64,000 nucleotides of DNA from the IMG/VR virus record IMGVR_UViG_3300047160_004205, positions 1,686-65,685 of that record; one strand, given 5' to 3'. Origin of the DNA: a virus. Taxonomy: Duplodnaviria; Caudoviricetes. Every line of letters starts with the position of its first letter. The first letter of the stretch is position 1. Below, piece after piece: positions 1 through 9,191 of this stretch. The translations under genes and the position numbers were made by a program. The notes beneath the pieces are model-generated. The model worked only from the letters and a program-made list of their open reading frames with translations. It was not told where the DNA came from and ran no database searches.

Positions 1-380
1 TGAATCGTCAAACTCTGCATGTTGTTATTGGTGTCGATCAAAGCGTTGTTGATAGTCACAGCGGTGTTCGCCGCCACCACAGTTACGCCGCTCGCACCGG
101 GGGCCGTGAACACCCCGCACGTTGCCGTCGTTAAAATCCCAGTCGCGCCGCTGATTGTAATTTGAAGAATACGGTATCGGCTGTAGCCAAAGGGTAAGCC
201 AATGGGGATGAGGCTATCGGCAATGACGTTAAAATTGACGTTCTGGATGACTGAAACCAGCGCCCCGTAAAGATTGGTGAGCGCCACCCCGGAATCCTGA
301 AGCACCCCATCGGTTACGAAGCTCGCAAGGTGCCCCGGAGTCACATTGCCGGATTGCAGAATTGGTGAGCCAGTCGGCAT
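1..380 (-). CDS. Virion/tail-associated protein, runs off left edge (not in ORF track)
   Basis: Manual translation from ATG at 380: MPTGSPILQSGNVTPGHLASFVTDGVLQDSG..., open to position 1, directly downstream of the 1331-aa gene. Confidence 0.7.
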   Translation of the reverse strand, partial: MPTGSPILQSGNVTPGHLASFVTDGVLQDSGVALTNLYGALVSVIQNVNFNVIADSLIPIGLPFGYSRYRILQITISGATGILTTATCGVFTAPGASGVTVVAANTAVTINNALIDTNNNMQSLTI

Positions 381-392
381 GGGGAACCTTAC

Positions 393-3300
393 CTAATTCA
401 CCGGGAATGTGAAAGTGTTGGAGAAGAAGCCGCCCGCAATGGCCGAGACTTGCCAGACGCCATGCTGATCGAGTTCGCCAATCCCGAAGGTGTAAACGAG
501 GTACTGGGCCTGTGGGAAATTCGGGATGTACCACTGGAATACGTTGGCGTCCCCGATGAATGCGAAATTAGGATCGCCGTTGACGATCGTGCCGTCCGGC
601 TTGATGAAGGTGAACAGCACGCGGCTTCCCAGAATCGGCAATCCCGGCCCAACGACGAACACCAGCGAGCAGGACTCATTGAGGTTTGGATTGGGCCCAA
701 AGTAATACCCCGGCAGGCTGTCGATGATGAACACCTTCCCAGTCGGGACTCGCCGGAACGGAACAACCGGCTGCGGCGGCGGGATGACGGGGATGAACGG
801 AAACTCGATTCCATTGTCGCCGTACAGGAACGCACCCCGCCTCCCCATGCGGTTGAACAGGGGTTGCGGCGGTGAGATTTCCCATCCGGGCTTAGGAGGC
901 GGAGGTATCGGCCGATCGATCCCCGGCAAGCCGAACTCAGGCGATTTAAGGAATCTGTGCCGAACATCGGTGTACGGGATCGGCCACCCAAACGGTGTAG
1001 GTGGAGCGGGCTTGGCTTGTTCGATCCCGGCGTCCCCCGTATCCGGGGATTTCCGGAACCGATGTGTGATGTCTCCGTATTGAGTCTGCCAATTGAAAGG
1101 CAGGAACGGGCCCAGCAGATAGGAGAACTCGCTTCTCTGCTTCAACGATGAAATCCGCCGCCACTGATAATTCGGCTGCACGTCGTAGGTTTTGAAATTG
1201 AACAGAACCGGGATGATAAAGGGCGATTCTGTCCCCAAGTCCCCGAGCATGATTGCGCCCGCCCGCTCACGGCGGGGATGCCCGGGCTGCACATCCTGAA
1301 CCCACCATCCGTTCTGGAACACCATTGGTGGGACGATCGGAAACTCAATACCAACATCGCCCGCATCCAGATTCTTGAAGAAATGATGCGGCGGCTGCGG
1401 CGGCTGAGTTTCCCAATTGAACGGCGGCGGCGGGATCAACTGATAAGCAAACTCACTCACCGTCCTTAACGCGCCTAACGGCCGCTGCCGGTGCAGATAA
1501 TATAACTGTTCCCAGATTTGATTATTAAAAGGAGCCAGCATCGTGATCGGAAAAGCAAATCCCGTCGTGTGCTTGGTGGCCTGCAATCTCTGAGTTGGTA
1601 GACGACGCAGGATTTGTTCCTGCAAATCGAAGCCTACGGGCAGCATATTGAAGGCGCGGAATTGGCTGACACCTTCCGTTGCCGACAAGCGGTTGTATCG
1701 AAGAACGGGTTGGAACAGTTGGTCTAGAGCAATAACGGGCAGGGGTACGAAGGATGGAGTTGCGAACCCTGTTTGATGCTTCAGCGCCGATAGAATTTTT
1801 GGTTTCGTTCTGAAGAACGCTTCGTTCAAGAACGGCCACGATATAAGTGGCGGCAGCGGCACAAAAATGAACTTGGCTTCTATCCCGTCATCGCCCTTGA
1901 AATCCTGCCTGAACCTCCGCTTCAGAGTCGTGTCTTGGAACGGATAACCCACAAATACTAACGGCGGTGGGGCAGGGAGTGGCCCCTCGATCCCGCCACT
2001 GCCTATCTCTGGGTACTTAATAAAGCGATGGCGGATATCAGAGTAGGGAATTGGCCAACCAAAAGAGGGGATATTCAAAGGCGAAGCGAACTCATTGCGG
2101 AAGCCAACCGCATTCGCCCTGACTGGCCGTTTCGCGACAATCTCCGGAAGTGGATAACCCAGCGGCGTTAACGGCGCTGGTGGGACAAAGACAAACTTAG
2201 CCTCGATGCCGCTATCGCCGATGTCAGGGCTCTTAAAGATACGATGGAATACGTGGCCATATTGAACCTCCCAGCTAAAGGGCGGTTGCCCTGCGGGCCA
2301 CTGAAAACCAGTGCTGTGCTTTAACGCGCCCCTGACGCTAACAAGAGGTTTGGCGAAAGGAGGATTTGGCTCAAACCACGTCGGAACAAATGCGGGCGGC
2401 GCGACAAACTGTGCTTCAATTCCATCGTCGCCCCTGTCCGGGTTCTTAAAAAATCGATGGCGAACATCGCCATATTGAATTTCCCACCCCGCGTTGCGCC
2501 AATTAACAAACGACGCCTCGATCCCACCGTCACCGGGCTCTGGGTTCTTTCGGAACCGATGCGGGATGTCGGAATACTGAATTTCCCATCCGGCATTCTT
2601 CCAGTTCACAAACGGAGCTTCGTTACCGTCGTCTCCCCTATCTAGATTTTTCCAGAAGCGATGCGGAGCATGGAAATACTGCACCTCCCATCCAGCATTT
2701 TTCCAATTGACGAATGGGGCTTCGTTGCCATCGTCACCTCTGAAGATTGCTGCGCTACGCTCGCGTCTAAATCTCTGATCCTGAGATGATGTTAAATCGA
2801 AGCCGAAATTGAGCCACGGGAACGGCCGGAAGGTCTGTAGCTGATCAACAAACCGATAGTATTTCCGTGAAACGGATTGCTGGAAATCAAAGCCCCAGTT
2901 TACTGCTGTCACTACGATCGGAGGAACAAATGGTGCCTCTGTTCCATCGTCTCCTCGCGCGACTGCACCGCTTCGCTCCGGGCGCGGGTGCCCTGGTTGC
3001 GGCGGTTGAATCTCCCAACCCGGAGGGAAGAAATTGATTAACGGATATTGATTGCCATCGTCGCCTCGCATGGTCCCGCCAGCGCGCTTCTCGGGAGTTG
3101 GGTGAGGCGGCTGCGGAGATTGGATTTCCCAACCTGGGGGCGGGAAGAATGTAGAGCCGAGAAATCCGCTGCTATGCTTCAGCGCCCCTTTCGGCCACGC
3201 AAACCAGCGGGCCGCAGGCTGAACATCGAACGTAAATGTCGTCGGTGCGACAACCACAGGGGGGACAAACTTAGCTTCCGTTCCATCGTCGCCTATCAAT

Positions 3301-4388
3301 GAGGGCCTAAGAGTCCGCTTGAGGGGCTGCGCTTGAGTCTGTTCAAAGCCAAACGGAAGCGATTGAAACGATGCAAACTCGTTCCGGAACTCCAAACCAG
3401 ACGATCGTAGCTTAGGCGGCCTCGCGGGCGGTTGCGGGTCCTGCACCGGCCATCCAAACGGTGGCTGCCCCAAAGGCCACTGGAAGCCTGTGTTATGCTT
3501 GGCCGCCCCTCCGCGCTGAGCAACCATTTGATGTGGCGGCTGGAACGGCTGAAGATGCTGAAAGCCTTGCGGAGTAAATCCGGGCTCAATAGCGGCCGTA
3601 CCCGTATCGCCAGCTAAAAACGCTGCTGCGCGTTTTTTAATTGGCGTGGGGTGAGTTAACGGCGGCTGGGTATCCTGTTCAAGAGTCTGCCCCCATAACA
3701 GGGCGGGCTTAAAGGCAAGGATCGCCAGAAACCATTGCTGCGCCGTCGAGGAGAGGGTTGGGTTGTAAACCAACGTGCCACTGGCGGCTCCAACGCGGTT
3801 GCCGCCGTCCACCCGCGCGTTACCAGATGCGGAGGTCGAGGTATTGGCCTCGACAGGAGGAGTAGTCCACCCACCCGGATTCGCAAAAGTCGCGGCCGCG
3901 CCCGCCGTGCTACTACCGCTATCGCACAAAGCCCCGACAAAGAACTCCGCCCCGCCAGAGGGGGTGCCGCTGGTTACGGTTATGGTGCCAGTGGTACCCG
4001 TTGCGGTGGCAGTGGCGGAACTATCGAGGGGATTAGCGACTGCCTGAATGCCAGTGACGTAGAACGCCGACATAGCGGCAACGGCAGTGCTTAGGTTCTT
4101 GGTGTAGGTGATCGTATTGGTGTTGACTAAGGCGGCGCAGTTGCCAATGTAAAAAACGATTCCCCGTCCATCGGCGGCGGTATTGGCCAAGCTCCCAGAG
4201 GTTGCTGTGCTGTAGCTGTTGCTGGCGCTATCCGCGAGCGTGCCGTTGGTTCCTGAGGTGGACTTCTCGGTAACGATGACGACGATCAGCGAGCCCTTGG
4301 GGACGCCGCCCGCACCCACGGTGATGACGGGGTTTACCCCCGATGCGGCAGTCACAGTGCCGATACTGGTTACGCCATAGGACGGCAT
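393..4388 (-). CDS. 1331-aa modular virion-associated protein: N-terminal Ser/Thr-rich beta domain, long Pro-rich repeat region, C-terminal adaptor-like domain
   Basis: Long ORF in tail module; about 15 GDDGxExxF-type motifs; C-terminal ~120 aa paralogous to 53181..53663. Confidence 0.75.
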   Translation of the reverse strand: MPSYGVTSIGTVTAASGVNPVITVGAGGVPKGSLIVVIVTEKSTSGTNGTLADSASNSYSTATSGSLANTAADGRGIVFYIGNCAALVNTNTITYTKNLSTAVAAMSAFYVTGIQAVANPLDSSATATATGTTGTITVTSGTPSGGAEFFVGALCDSGSSTAGAAATFANPGGWTTPPVEANTSTSASGNARVDGGNRVGAASGTLVYNPTLSSTAQQWFLAILAFKPALLWGQTLEQDTQPPLTHPTPIKKRAAAFLAGDTGTAAIEPGFTPQGFQHLQPFQPPHQMVAQRGGAAKHNTGFQWPLGQPPFGWPVQDPQPPARPPKLRSSGLEFRNEFASFQSLPFGFEQTQAQPLKRTLRPSLIGDDGTEAKFVPPVVVAPTTFTFDVQPAARWFAWPKGALKHSSGFLGSTFFPPPGWEIQSPQPPHPTPEKRAGGTMRGDDGNQYPLINFFPPGWEIQPPQPGHPRPERSGAVARGDDGTEAPFVPPIVVTAVNWGFDFQQSVSRKYYRFVDQLQTFRPFPWLNFGFDLTSSQDQRFRRERSAAIFRGDDGNEAPFVNWKNAGWEVQYFHAPHRFWKNLDRGDDGNEAPFVNWKNAGWEIQYSDIPHRFRKNPEPGDGGIEASFVNWRNAGWEIQYGDVRHRFFKNPDRGDDGIEAQFVAPPAFVPTWFEPNPPFAKPLVSVRGALKHSTGFQWPAGQPPFSWEVQYGHVFHRIFKSPDIGDSGIEAKFVFVPPAPLTPLGYPLPEIVAKRPVRANAVGFRNEFASPLNIPSFGWPIPYSDIRHRFIKYPEIGSGGIEGPLPAPPPLVFVGYPFQDTTLKRRFRQDFKGDDGIEAKFIFVPLPPLISWPFLNEAFFRTKPKILSALKHQTGFATPSFVPLPVIALDQLFQPVLRYNRLSATEGVSQFRAFNMLPVGFDLQEQILRRLPTQRLQATKHTTGFAFPITMLAPFNNQIWEQLYYLHRQRPLGALRTVSEFAYQLIPPPPFNWETQPPQPPHHFFKNLDAGDVGIEFPIVPPMVFQNGWWVQDVQPGHPRRERAGAIMLGDLGTESPFIIPVLFNFKTYDVQPNYQWRRISSLKQRSEFSYLLGPFLPFNWQTQYGDITHRFRKSPDTGDAGIEQAKPAPPTPFGWPIPYTDVRHRFLKSPEFGLPGIDRPIPPPPKPGWEISPPQPLFNRMGRRGAFLYGDNGIEFPFIPVIPPPQPVVPFRRVPTGKVFIIDSLPGYYFGPNPNLNESCSLVFVVGPGLPILGSRVLFTFIKPDGTIVNGDPNFAFIGDANVFQWYIPNFPQAQYLVYTFGIGELDQHGVWQVSAIAGGFFSNTFTFPVN
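760..3690 (-). repeat. Degenerate coding repeat array (GWEIQ...PH...GDDGxExxF, ALKHxTGF and FRNEF-type modules)
   Basis: Motifs recur in the translation; three consecutive 34-aa units at ~2409..2714. Confidence 0.9.
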
Positions 4389-4400
4389 AACCTGAGATTA

Positions 4401-5078
4401 TCAGTAATATTCGGAAGCGGCGAAACCGTAGGTAGACGGTATGGAGGCCTGGATGAACCCGGCGATGATGGTGGCCCAGACGTTTTGCCCGGTCCATGTC
4501 GGCGCGTATGGCGTGGCCGCATTGGTGACGCTCACCTGATTGCCGCCCTGTCCGATAAACCCTCCGGGGAGAGCATCGAGAGGACTGGCCCAGCCGTTCG
4601 CAGTATCCTGCGTCCATCCGATCGCAGCATTGGCCACGTTCCAGGCAACGAACAGTTCCGCATTGGTTGTCGGGATTCCAGAAACAATACTTGGCGGGAA
4701 CGATGAGCCCGCGCCGAACGCCGTCACGGCACCATCGAGCGGGCTCGACGTAAGAAGCTGTCCAGTTGCAAACAGCCCCGAGAGTCCAGCCGTCGTCCCA
4801 GTCGTGTTTTTCGTGTACGTAATCGACGTAGACGTTGCCGAGTTATTGCTGAAGAAAAACAAACCAGAGCATCCGTTCGTCGCGCTGTTGTTTGGCGAGA
4901 TAGCATGGATCAGGGAAAACGAATCGGAGTTGCTGTTCGCCATCGTTCCGACTGCGCTAACGGTCGCCTCCCACACACCAACCACCGCCAATGAGTGCGC
5001 GGGAATAGTCCCGGGCAGCACCAAAGTTGCACCGCTGGAATTTGTTACCGCTCCGAGATCAGTCAGGGACCACGGCAT
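4401..5078 (-). CDS. Ser/Thr/Gly-rich beta-sandwich virion protein (paralogue family)
   Basis: Shares SLxVV, DSxSNxY/F-like, TITYT, PLD and ELFV motifs with the N-terminus of 393..4388 and with 5949..6644. Confidence 0.65.
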   Translation of the reverse strand: MPWSLTDLGAVTNSSGATLVLPGTIPAHSLAVVGVWEATVSAVGTMANSNSDSFSLIHAISPNNSATNGCSGLFFFSNNSATSTSITYTKNTTGTTAGLSGLFATGQLLTSSPLDGAVTAFGAGSSFPPSIVSGIPTTNAELFVAWNVANAAIGWTQDTANGWASPLDALPGGFIGQGGNQVSVTNAATPYAPTWTGQNVWATIIAGFIQASIPSTYGFAASEYY

Positions 5079-5087
5079 TTACGTATC

Positions 5088-5945
5088 CTACCATGCGTTT
5101 ATCCCGAGCGATTGCATATAAGCGTTAATACGAGTAGCCAGCACGCTCATCTGCGCCGGAGTCAAAGCCGCGCCTACAAACGCCGCGCTCAATTGATTGC
5201 TGCAAAAATCTACTGCCGGTCCATCAATCCCAAAATTCTGCGCCAGCACGAATATATTCCCGTAGTCAATCTGAAGGGAATTTGAACTGGAATTGGTTCC
5301 GTCGATGCCCTGAAATCCGCTTATGAATGTGTAGACGCTCGCCGTTGTTGAACTCGTCCGCGTCCCGGCGAAGAATCCGGTTTTTCCCACTGTGGTCTGT
5401 CCGCTAGCAACGGCCCCCCCGCCACTCAGGGTGACACTGGTGGTGGTGGTGCTCCAGAGCACTGATGACAACACGTCATCATTTGTGCCAATCGGACAGG
5501 TGTTTGTCACCGATGGAATAGCAGTGGTGGCATAGACTCCTTCTCCGGTTGAATTTACCGCCATGTTTGGAGAGGGTAATGCTGTAACCGGATTGAATTG
5601 AGTGTCTAAAAAGACAGTCGAGCCGTCCCCCGTATAGCCGTGATCTGCCTGAAACCGTGTGCTCTCGGCCGGGGTTCCGTTGTAAGTGCAATTGTATTGA
5701 TTCTGCACCAGATTGAGTTTTGCGGTAGTGCTATCGGCTGTAGCAAAGATGTAGAGTAAGTCCAGCAAAGTTGAATTGCCGTAACTATCAAAGAACCCGT
5801 CAAACGTTAGGCTGTTAAGCAACGTTGCATAACGATTCTGATGCGCCGCATTCAAGCCTGACGTGCGGGCGATGAAATTGTTAAAAGCCGCGCTGTTCCC
5901 GGTTGCGGCTGGCGCATTAAACGGCCCGGTATAACCCTCAGGCAT
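5088..5945 (-). CDS. Putative tail-associated lectin/concanavalin-like protein
   Basis: Beta-rich; GYTGDGSTVFLDT and terminal ...GAALTPAQMSVLATRINAYM pattern typical of phage ConA-like domains. Confidence 0.5.
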   Translation of the reverse strand: MPEGYTGPFNAPAATGNSAAFNNFIARTSGLNAAHQNRYATLLNSLTFDGFFDSYGNSTLLDLLYIFATADSTTAKLNLVQNQYNCTYNGTPAESTRFQADHGYTGDGSTVFLDTQFNPVTALPSPNMAVNSTGEGVYATTAIPSVTNTCPIGTNDDVLSSVLWSTTTTSVTLSGGGAVASGQTTVGKTGFFAGTRTSSTTASVYTFISGFQGIDGTNSSSNSLQIDYGNIFVLAQNFGIDGPAVDFCSNQLSAAFVGAALTPAQMSVLATRINAYMQSLGINAW

Positions 5946-5948
5946 TGT

Positions 5949-6644
5949 TCACCACTGAACTTCCGCCCATCCCGAACTCGGAGGAAGGCCAGTAGGAAGA
6001 CTCATCAATGCAAGTCCTACGGCAAAAGCCGAAACATTTATGTTAGAAGTGAAAGTAACTGCCGTAGATGCCGACGCAGAGGATTGGATAAGATACTCGC
6101 TCCTGAAATCCACAGCAACATTTTGAGCAATCGTGAACCCGGTTCCCGCTGAAAACGTCGCGCCGCCAGTAAGATCGCCACAATACCCCCAAATCAAATC
6201 GCCGTTAGCCGATGTCGTCCATGTCCCTGTGGTCAACCCATCCGTGGAAGTTCCTGAATTTGCAATTTGTCCATTGGACCCGTCTAACGGTAATGAAGTA
6301 ACTATGCCGGAAAATTCATCAACAATGATCGACGCGAAAGTAAACGAGTTACCGTTAAAATCTCCCGTAATTGTCTGAGGCGCATTGGTTATGTTAGTAC
6401 AAAAAAATATCGAAACCTGAAAACCAGACCCGATTGTATATATGTCTAGGACATGAGTATAAATGTTACTTTTATCGTCATTGCAGTGATAGGGTTGAAC
6501 AATACCGGAATTATTAGCAGACTGCACGCCGACACACAGAGTGTGACCGCTGCCAACGGTTCCCGGCAACGTCACCGCCACGGTTGTGGAGGAAGCACCA
6601 CCATTCTGGTGGTTGCTGCTGTTCGCCGAGATATAAGTTGTCAT
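5949..6644 (-). CDS. Ser/Thr/Gly-rich beta-sandwich virion protein (paralogue family)
   Basis: GHTLCVGV, DDKSNIYT, PLD, GDLIWG motifs parallel 4401..5078. Confidence 0.65.
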   Translation of the reverse strand: MTTYISANSSNHQNGGASSTTVAVTLPGTVGSGHTLCVGVQSANNSGIVQPYHCNDDKSNIYTHVLDIYTIGSGFQVSIFFCTNITNAPQTITGDFNGNSFTFASIIVDEFSGIVTSLPLDGSNGQIANSGTSTDGLTTGTWTTSANGDLIWGYCGDLTGGATFSAGTGFTIAQNVAVDFRSEYLIQSSASASTAVTFTSNINVSAFAVGLALMSLPTGLPPSSGWAEVQW

Positions 6645-6650
6645 CTGATT

Positions 6651-9191
6651 TTAGCCGAAATACTGCGCGCCCATTGATGAGTTGCCGCTAGCCGTTGTAG
6701 TCAGCCACCGATTATAGTTGCTTGGATCGCCTTCAACGCTGCTAACCATGCTCACCCACGGCCAATTCATCTGCGTCCATGCAATTCCGGTAAAGCTTGA
6801 CGGGTTGAAGTTATCACAACGCCAGAAATCCCACACCCAACCGCCAGGGCCGTTTATCCAACCATAAATGCCCAACGATGGGTAACTCGCCGAAGGTGCC
6901 GCAGCACTGAACCCAATATCAATGATTGGGCCAAGAGCGTAAGTTGCATTCGTTACCAGTGAAAAGGTCTGGCCGCCGTCTTTGGAAAAATACAATGAAA
7001 CAGTCTGGGCCGTAAGGGGATTGGGTGCATAATTAGGCGGTGAACCCGTCAGACCAAATGGCGCGGGCACGATCACAAACAGATGGCCGGGCTGCCCCGG
7101 TACTGATTTCAAGTGGACATTGGATGTGAGGATGCTCGGGGAGGTTGGCAATCCTGTCGTTGCCTGCGATGCCCAAGACGAACCGGAAGTGGTTGTCTTG
7201 TAAATATTTCCAGTATTGCTGAGGATATACCCAACTCCTTGGAACCCAGGGGATTGTTCGTAGCAAACACAGCGGACATTTCCATTCGGATGAAAGCCAG
7301 TGAACCTAAAGGCACCGGCACTCGGAGACAAGGGACTGGGACAGGTGCTCCAAGTGCTGCCACCGTTAGTCGTGTAGTAGGCTTGGCCAGGAGTAAATTG
7401 AGCCGATACAGTCTGATTGATTGACCCGCCAAATTGCAAGACATCGCCAACCGCGATCAAGGGGCACAGAACGCTCAACGTTACAGTATTGCCATCTATA
7501 AAATTTACAGTAGTGCCGCCCGGTATATTGCCGGGAGTGGTCAAATCGGTAACGGTCATACCTCCCGATACGCCGGATGAGCTAGCAACCGCAACTGTTG
7601 TGCCGGTGTAGTTGTGCGTATCTACAACGATCCAATGATTTGCATCAAACACCGCTATCGAACTGGTGCCAAAAAATGAGGTTGGCGGAGGGCTAGCTTG
7701 TGTCCAATCTCCAACTCCAGTGCTAGACGAGAAAAATTGGTTGTTATCAAAGCCCGCCATAAAACCAGAACCATCTTGAGCAAAATCCACAGAGTCGGAA
7801 AACCCGGTCGGCGGATAGCCGTAAATGGCCGTGTTATTTGGCGCGTACCGGGAAGGCGGAGTGTTCTTTGCGTTTCCCGCCCCGATTACAAACAGCGGGC
7901 GATCCCAGCATGAAAGAAGTATTCTGCCATCCGTCATCCAGCGACCACCGTTAACCACCATGCCTTCAAAGCCTTGAGACATGGGAACCCAACTAATCGC
8001 GGAAACCCCGTCAGTCGGAACCGTCGTAGCGTAGATCGCGCCGATGCCAATCGCGTGCCAAAGTCTACCAGAGTAGTCAATTTTCATACATATAGAATCT
8101 AAAGTCGTTCCGACATTGTAGGGAAGAAACGACCATTGAAACCACGGCACGTCGCCTACCGCCATCGTGGCGTTTGTATTGCGTCCCGCCCAACTAACGG
8201 TGCCGCTGCTTGCGTTCGATGTCGTAATATCAAACGCGCCATCAAAGAAATTAGAACTGGCTGTGGCTCCTACGACAAGTCGTCCGGTAGTAGTAGGATC
8301 AACAGCGAGGGTGTTACACCACAAACCATTATATATTTGAGTCCACGTCGTATAACTACCGGCAGGGCCGAGCCGATAGATATTTGCTGATACGAGATCA
8401 CCGTTAGCGCAACAATAGTAAGTGCCGCCACTATCAAATCCACCACAACGCACCGCTGTTGGCATGCTGGTCGCTGGCGCAGAAGCAAATGATGATCCTC
8501 CATTGGTGCTGATATAGACGCCAACTCCAAAGATCGGGATCACTATAACGTTGCCATGCCACGCCATCCCAAAATAGCCCCCCGTGCTACTGGGGATGGT
8601 GCCAGGGTCCAAACGAGTGCAAACTGGAGTAGTAGTAAGACCGATAACATGCCAAATCCCATTGGCAACGCCAGACGCCCCCGGGATTCCTATGTAACAT
8701 TCACTGTCTGACGACGGGTTAAACGCAATCATCGGCGTTAACCCGCCGACATTTGGCGAAATCCCATTTTGCGTAAAAGTAATTCCAGAGAGCTTGTTCC
8801 AGGTGGCTCCGTGATTCAGACTATAAAGAACACCATTACCGCCCGGCCCCGCACCGTTGCCGTCCCAAATGGCTACTATCGTGTTGGAATTAGAGGGAGC
8901 ACTAACTAACGCACTAACCCCCGTCCAGAAGGTTCTGGTTGCAATAGGGTCTGGCATAGACGCAAAATTAAATGGCGTCAGCCAGTTGCCGTTGCCGCCA
9001 GCATTATTAACGCTGCTGATCCAACCGCCCCAAACGTCGCCGGTTCCCAACAGTGTGCCATCGGAGTTGATATCTAGTGTCGTGCTAAGACCGCCCGCGC
9101 CAAGCTGAAGGATTTTCCACGACGGGATCGTTACGGGCGGCTGTACCGACGACGCCGATGGACTGCTTAAAGGCTCACATCTGAAAACCAT
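6651..9191 (-). CDS. BNR/Asp-box beta-propeller, GH74 (xyloglucanase)-like putative depolymerase
   Basis: Asp-boxes SLNHGATW, STNGGSSF, TTNGGSTW, SKDGGQTF; GH74-like start W-x5-GAGG...TGDVWGG; no signal peptide. Confidence 0.7.
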   Translation of the reverse strand: MVFRCEPLSSPSASSVQPPVTIPSWKILQLGAGGLSTTLDINSDGTLLGTGDVWGGWISSVNNAGGNGNWLTPFNFASMPDPIATRTFWTGVSALVSAPSNSNTIVAIWDGNGAGPGGNGVLYSLNHGATWNKLSGITFTQNGISPNVGGLTPMIAFNPSSDSECYIGIPGASGVANGIWHVIGLTTTPVCTRLDPGTIPSSTGGYFGMAWHGNVIVIPIFGVGVYISTNGGSSFASAPATSMPTAVRCGGFDSGGTYYCCANGDLVSANIYRLGPAGSYTTWTQIYNGLWCNTLAVDPTTTGRLVVGATASSNFFDGAFDITTSNASSGTVSWAGRNTNATMAVGDVPWFQWSFLPYNVGTTLDSICMKIDYSGRLWHAIGIGAIYATTVPTDGVSAISWVPMSQGFEGMVVNGGRWMTDGRILLSCWDRPLFVIGAGNAKNTPPSRYAPNNTAIYGYPPTGFSDSVDFAQDGSGFMAGFDNNQFFSSSTGVGDWTQASPPPTSFFGTSSIAVFDANHWIVVDTHNYTGTTVAVASSSGVSGGMTVTDLTTPGNIPGGTTVNFIDGNTVTLSVLCPLIAVGDVLQFGGSINQTVSAQFTPGQAYYTTNGGSTWSTCPSPLSPSAGAFRFTGFHPNGNVRCVCYEQSPGFQGVGYILSNTGNIYKTTTSGSSWASQATTGLPTSPSILTSNVHLKSVPGQPGHLFVIVPAPFGLTGSPPNYAPNPLTAQTVSLYFSKDGGQTFSLVTNATYALGPIIDIGFSAAAPSASYPSLGIYGWINGPGGWVWDFWRCDNFNPSSFTGIAWTQMNWPWVSMVSSVEGDPSNYNRWLTTTASGNSSMGAQYFG

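Noticed and set aside
760-3690. Repeats as a possible CRISPR array or DGR template/variable repeat
   Set aside because: Repeats are in-frame, degenerate at codon level and lack fixed-length identical units; no reverse transcriptase or cas gene in the window
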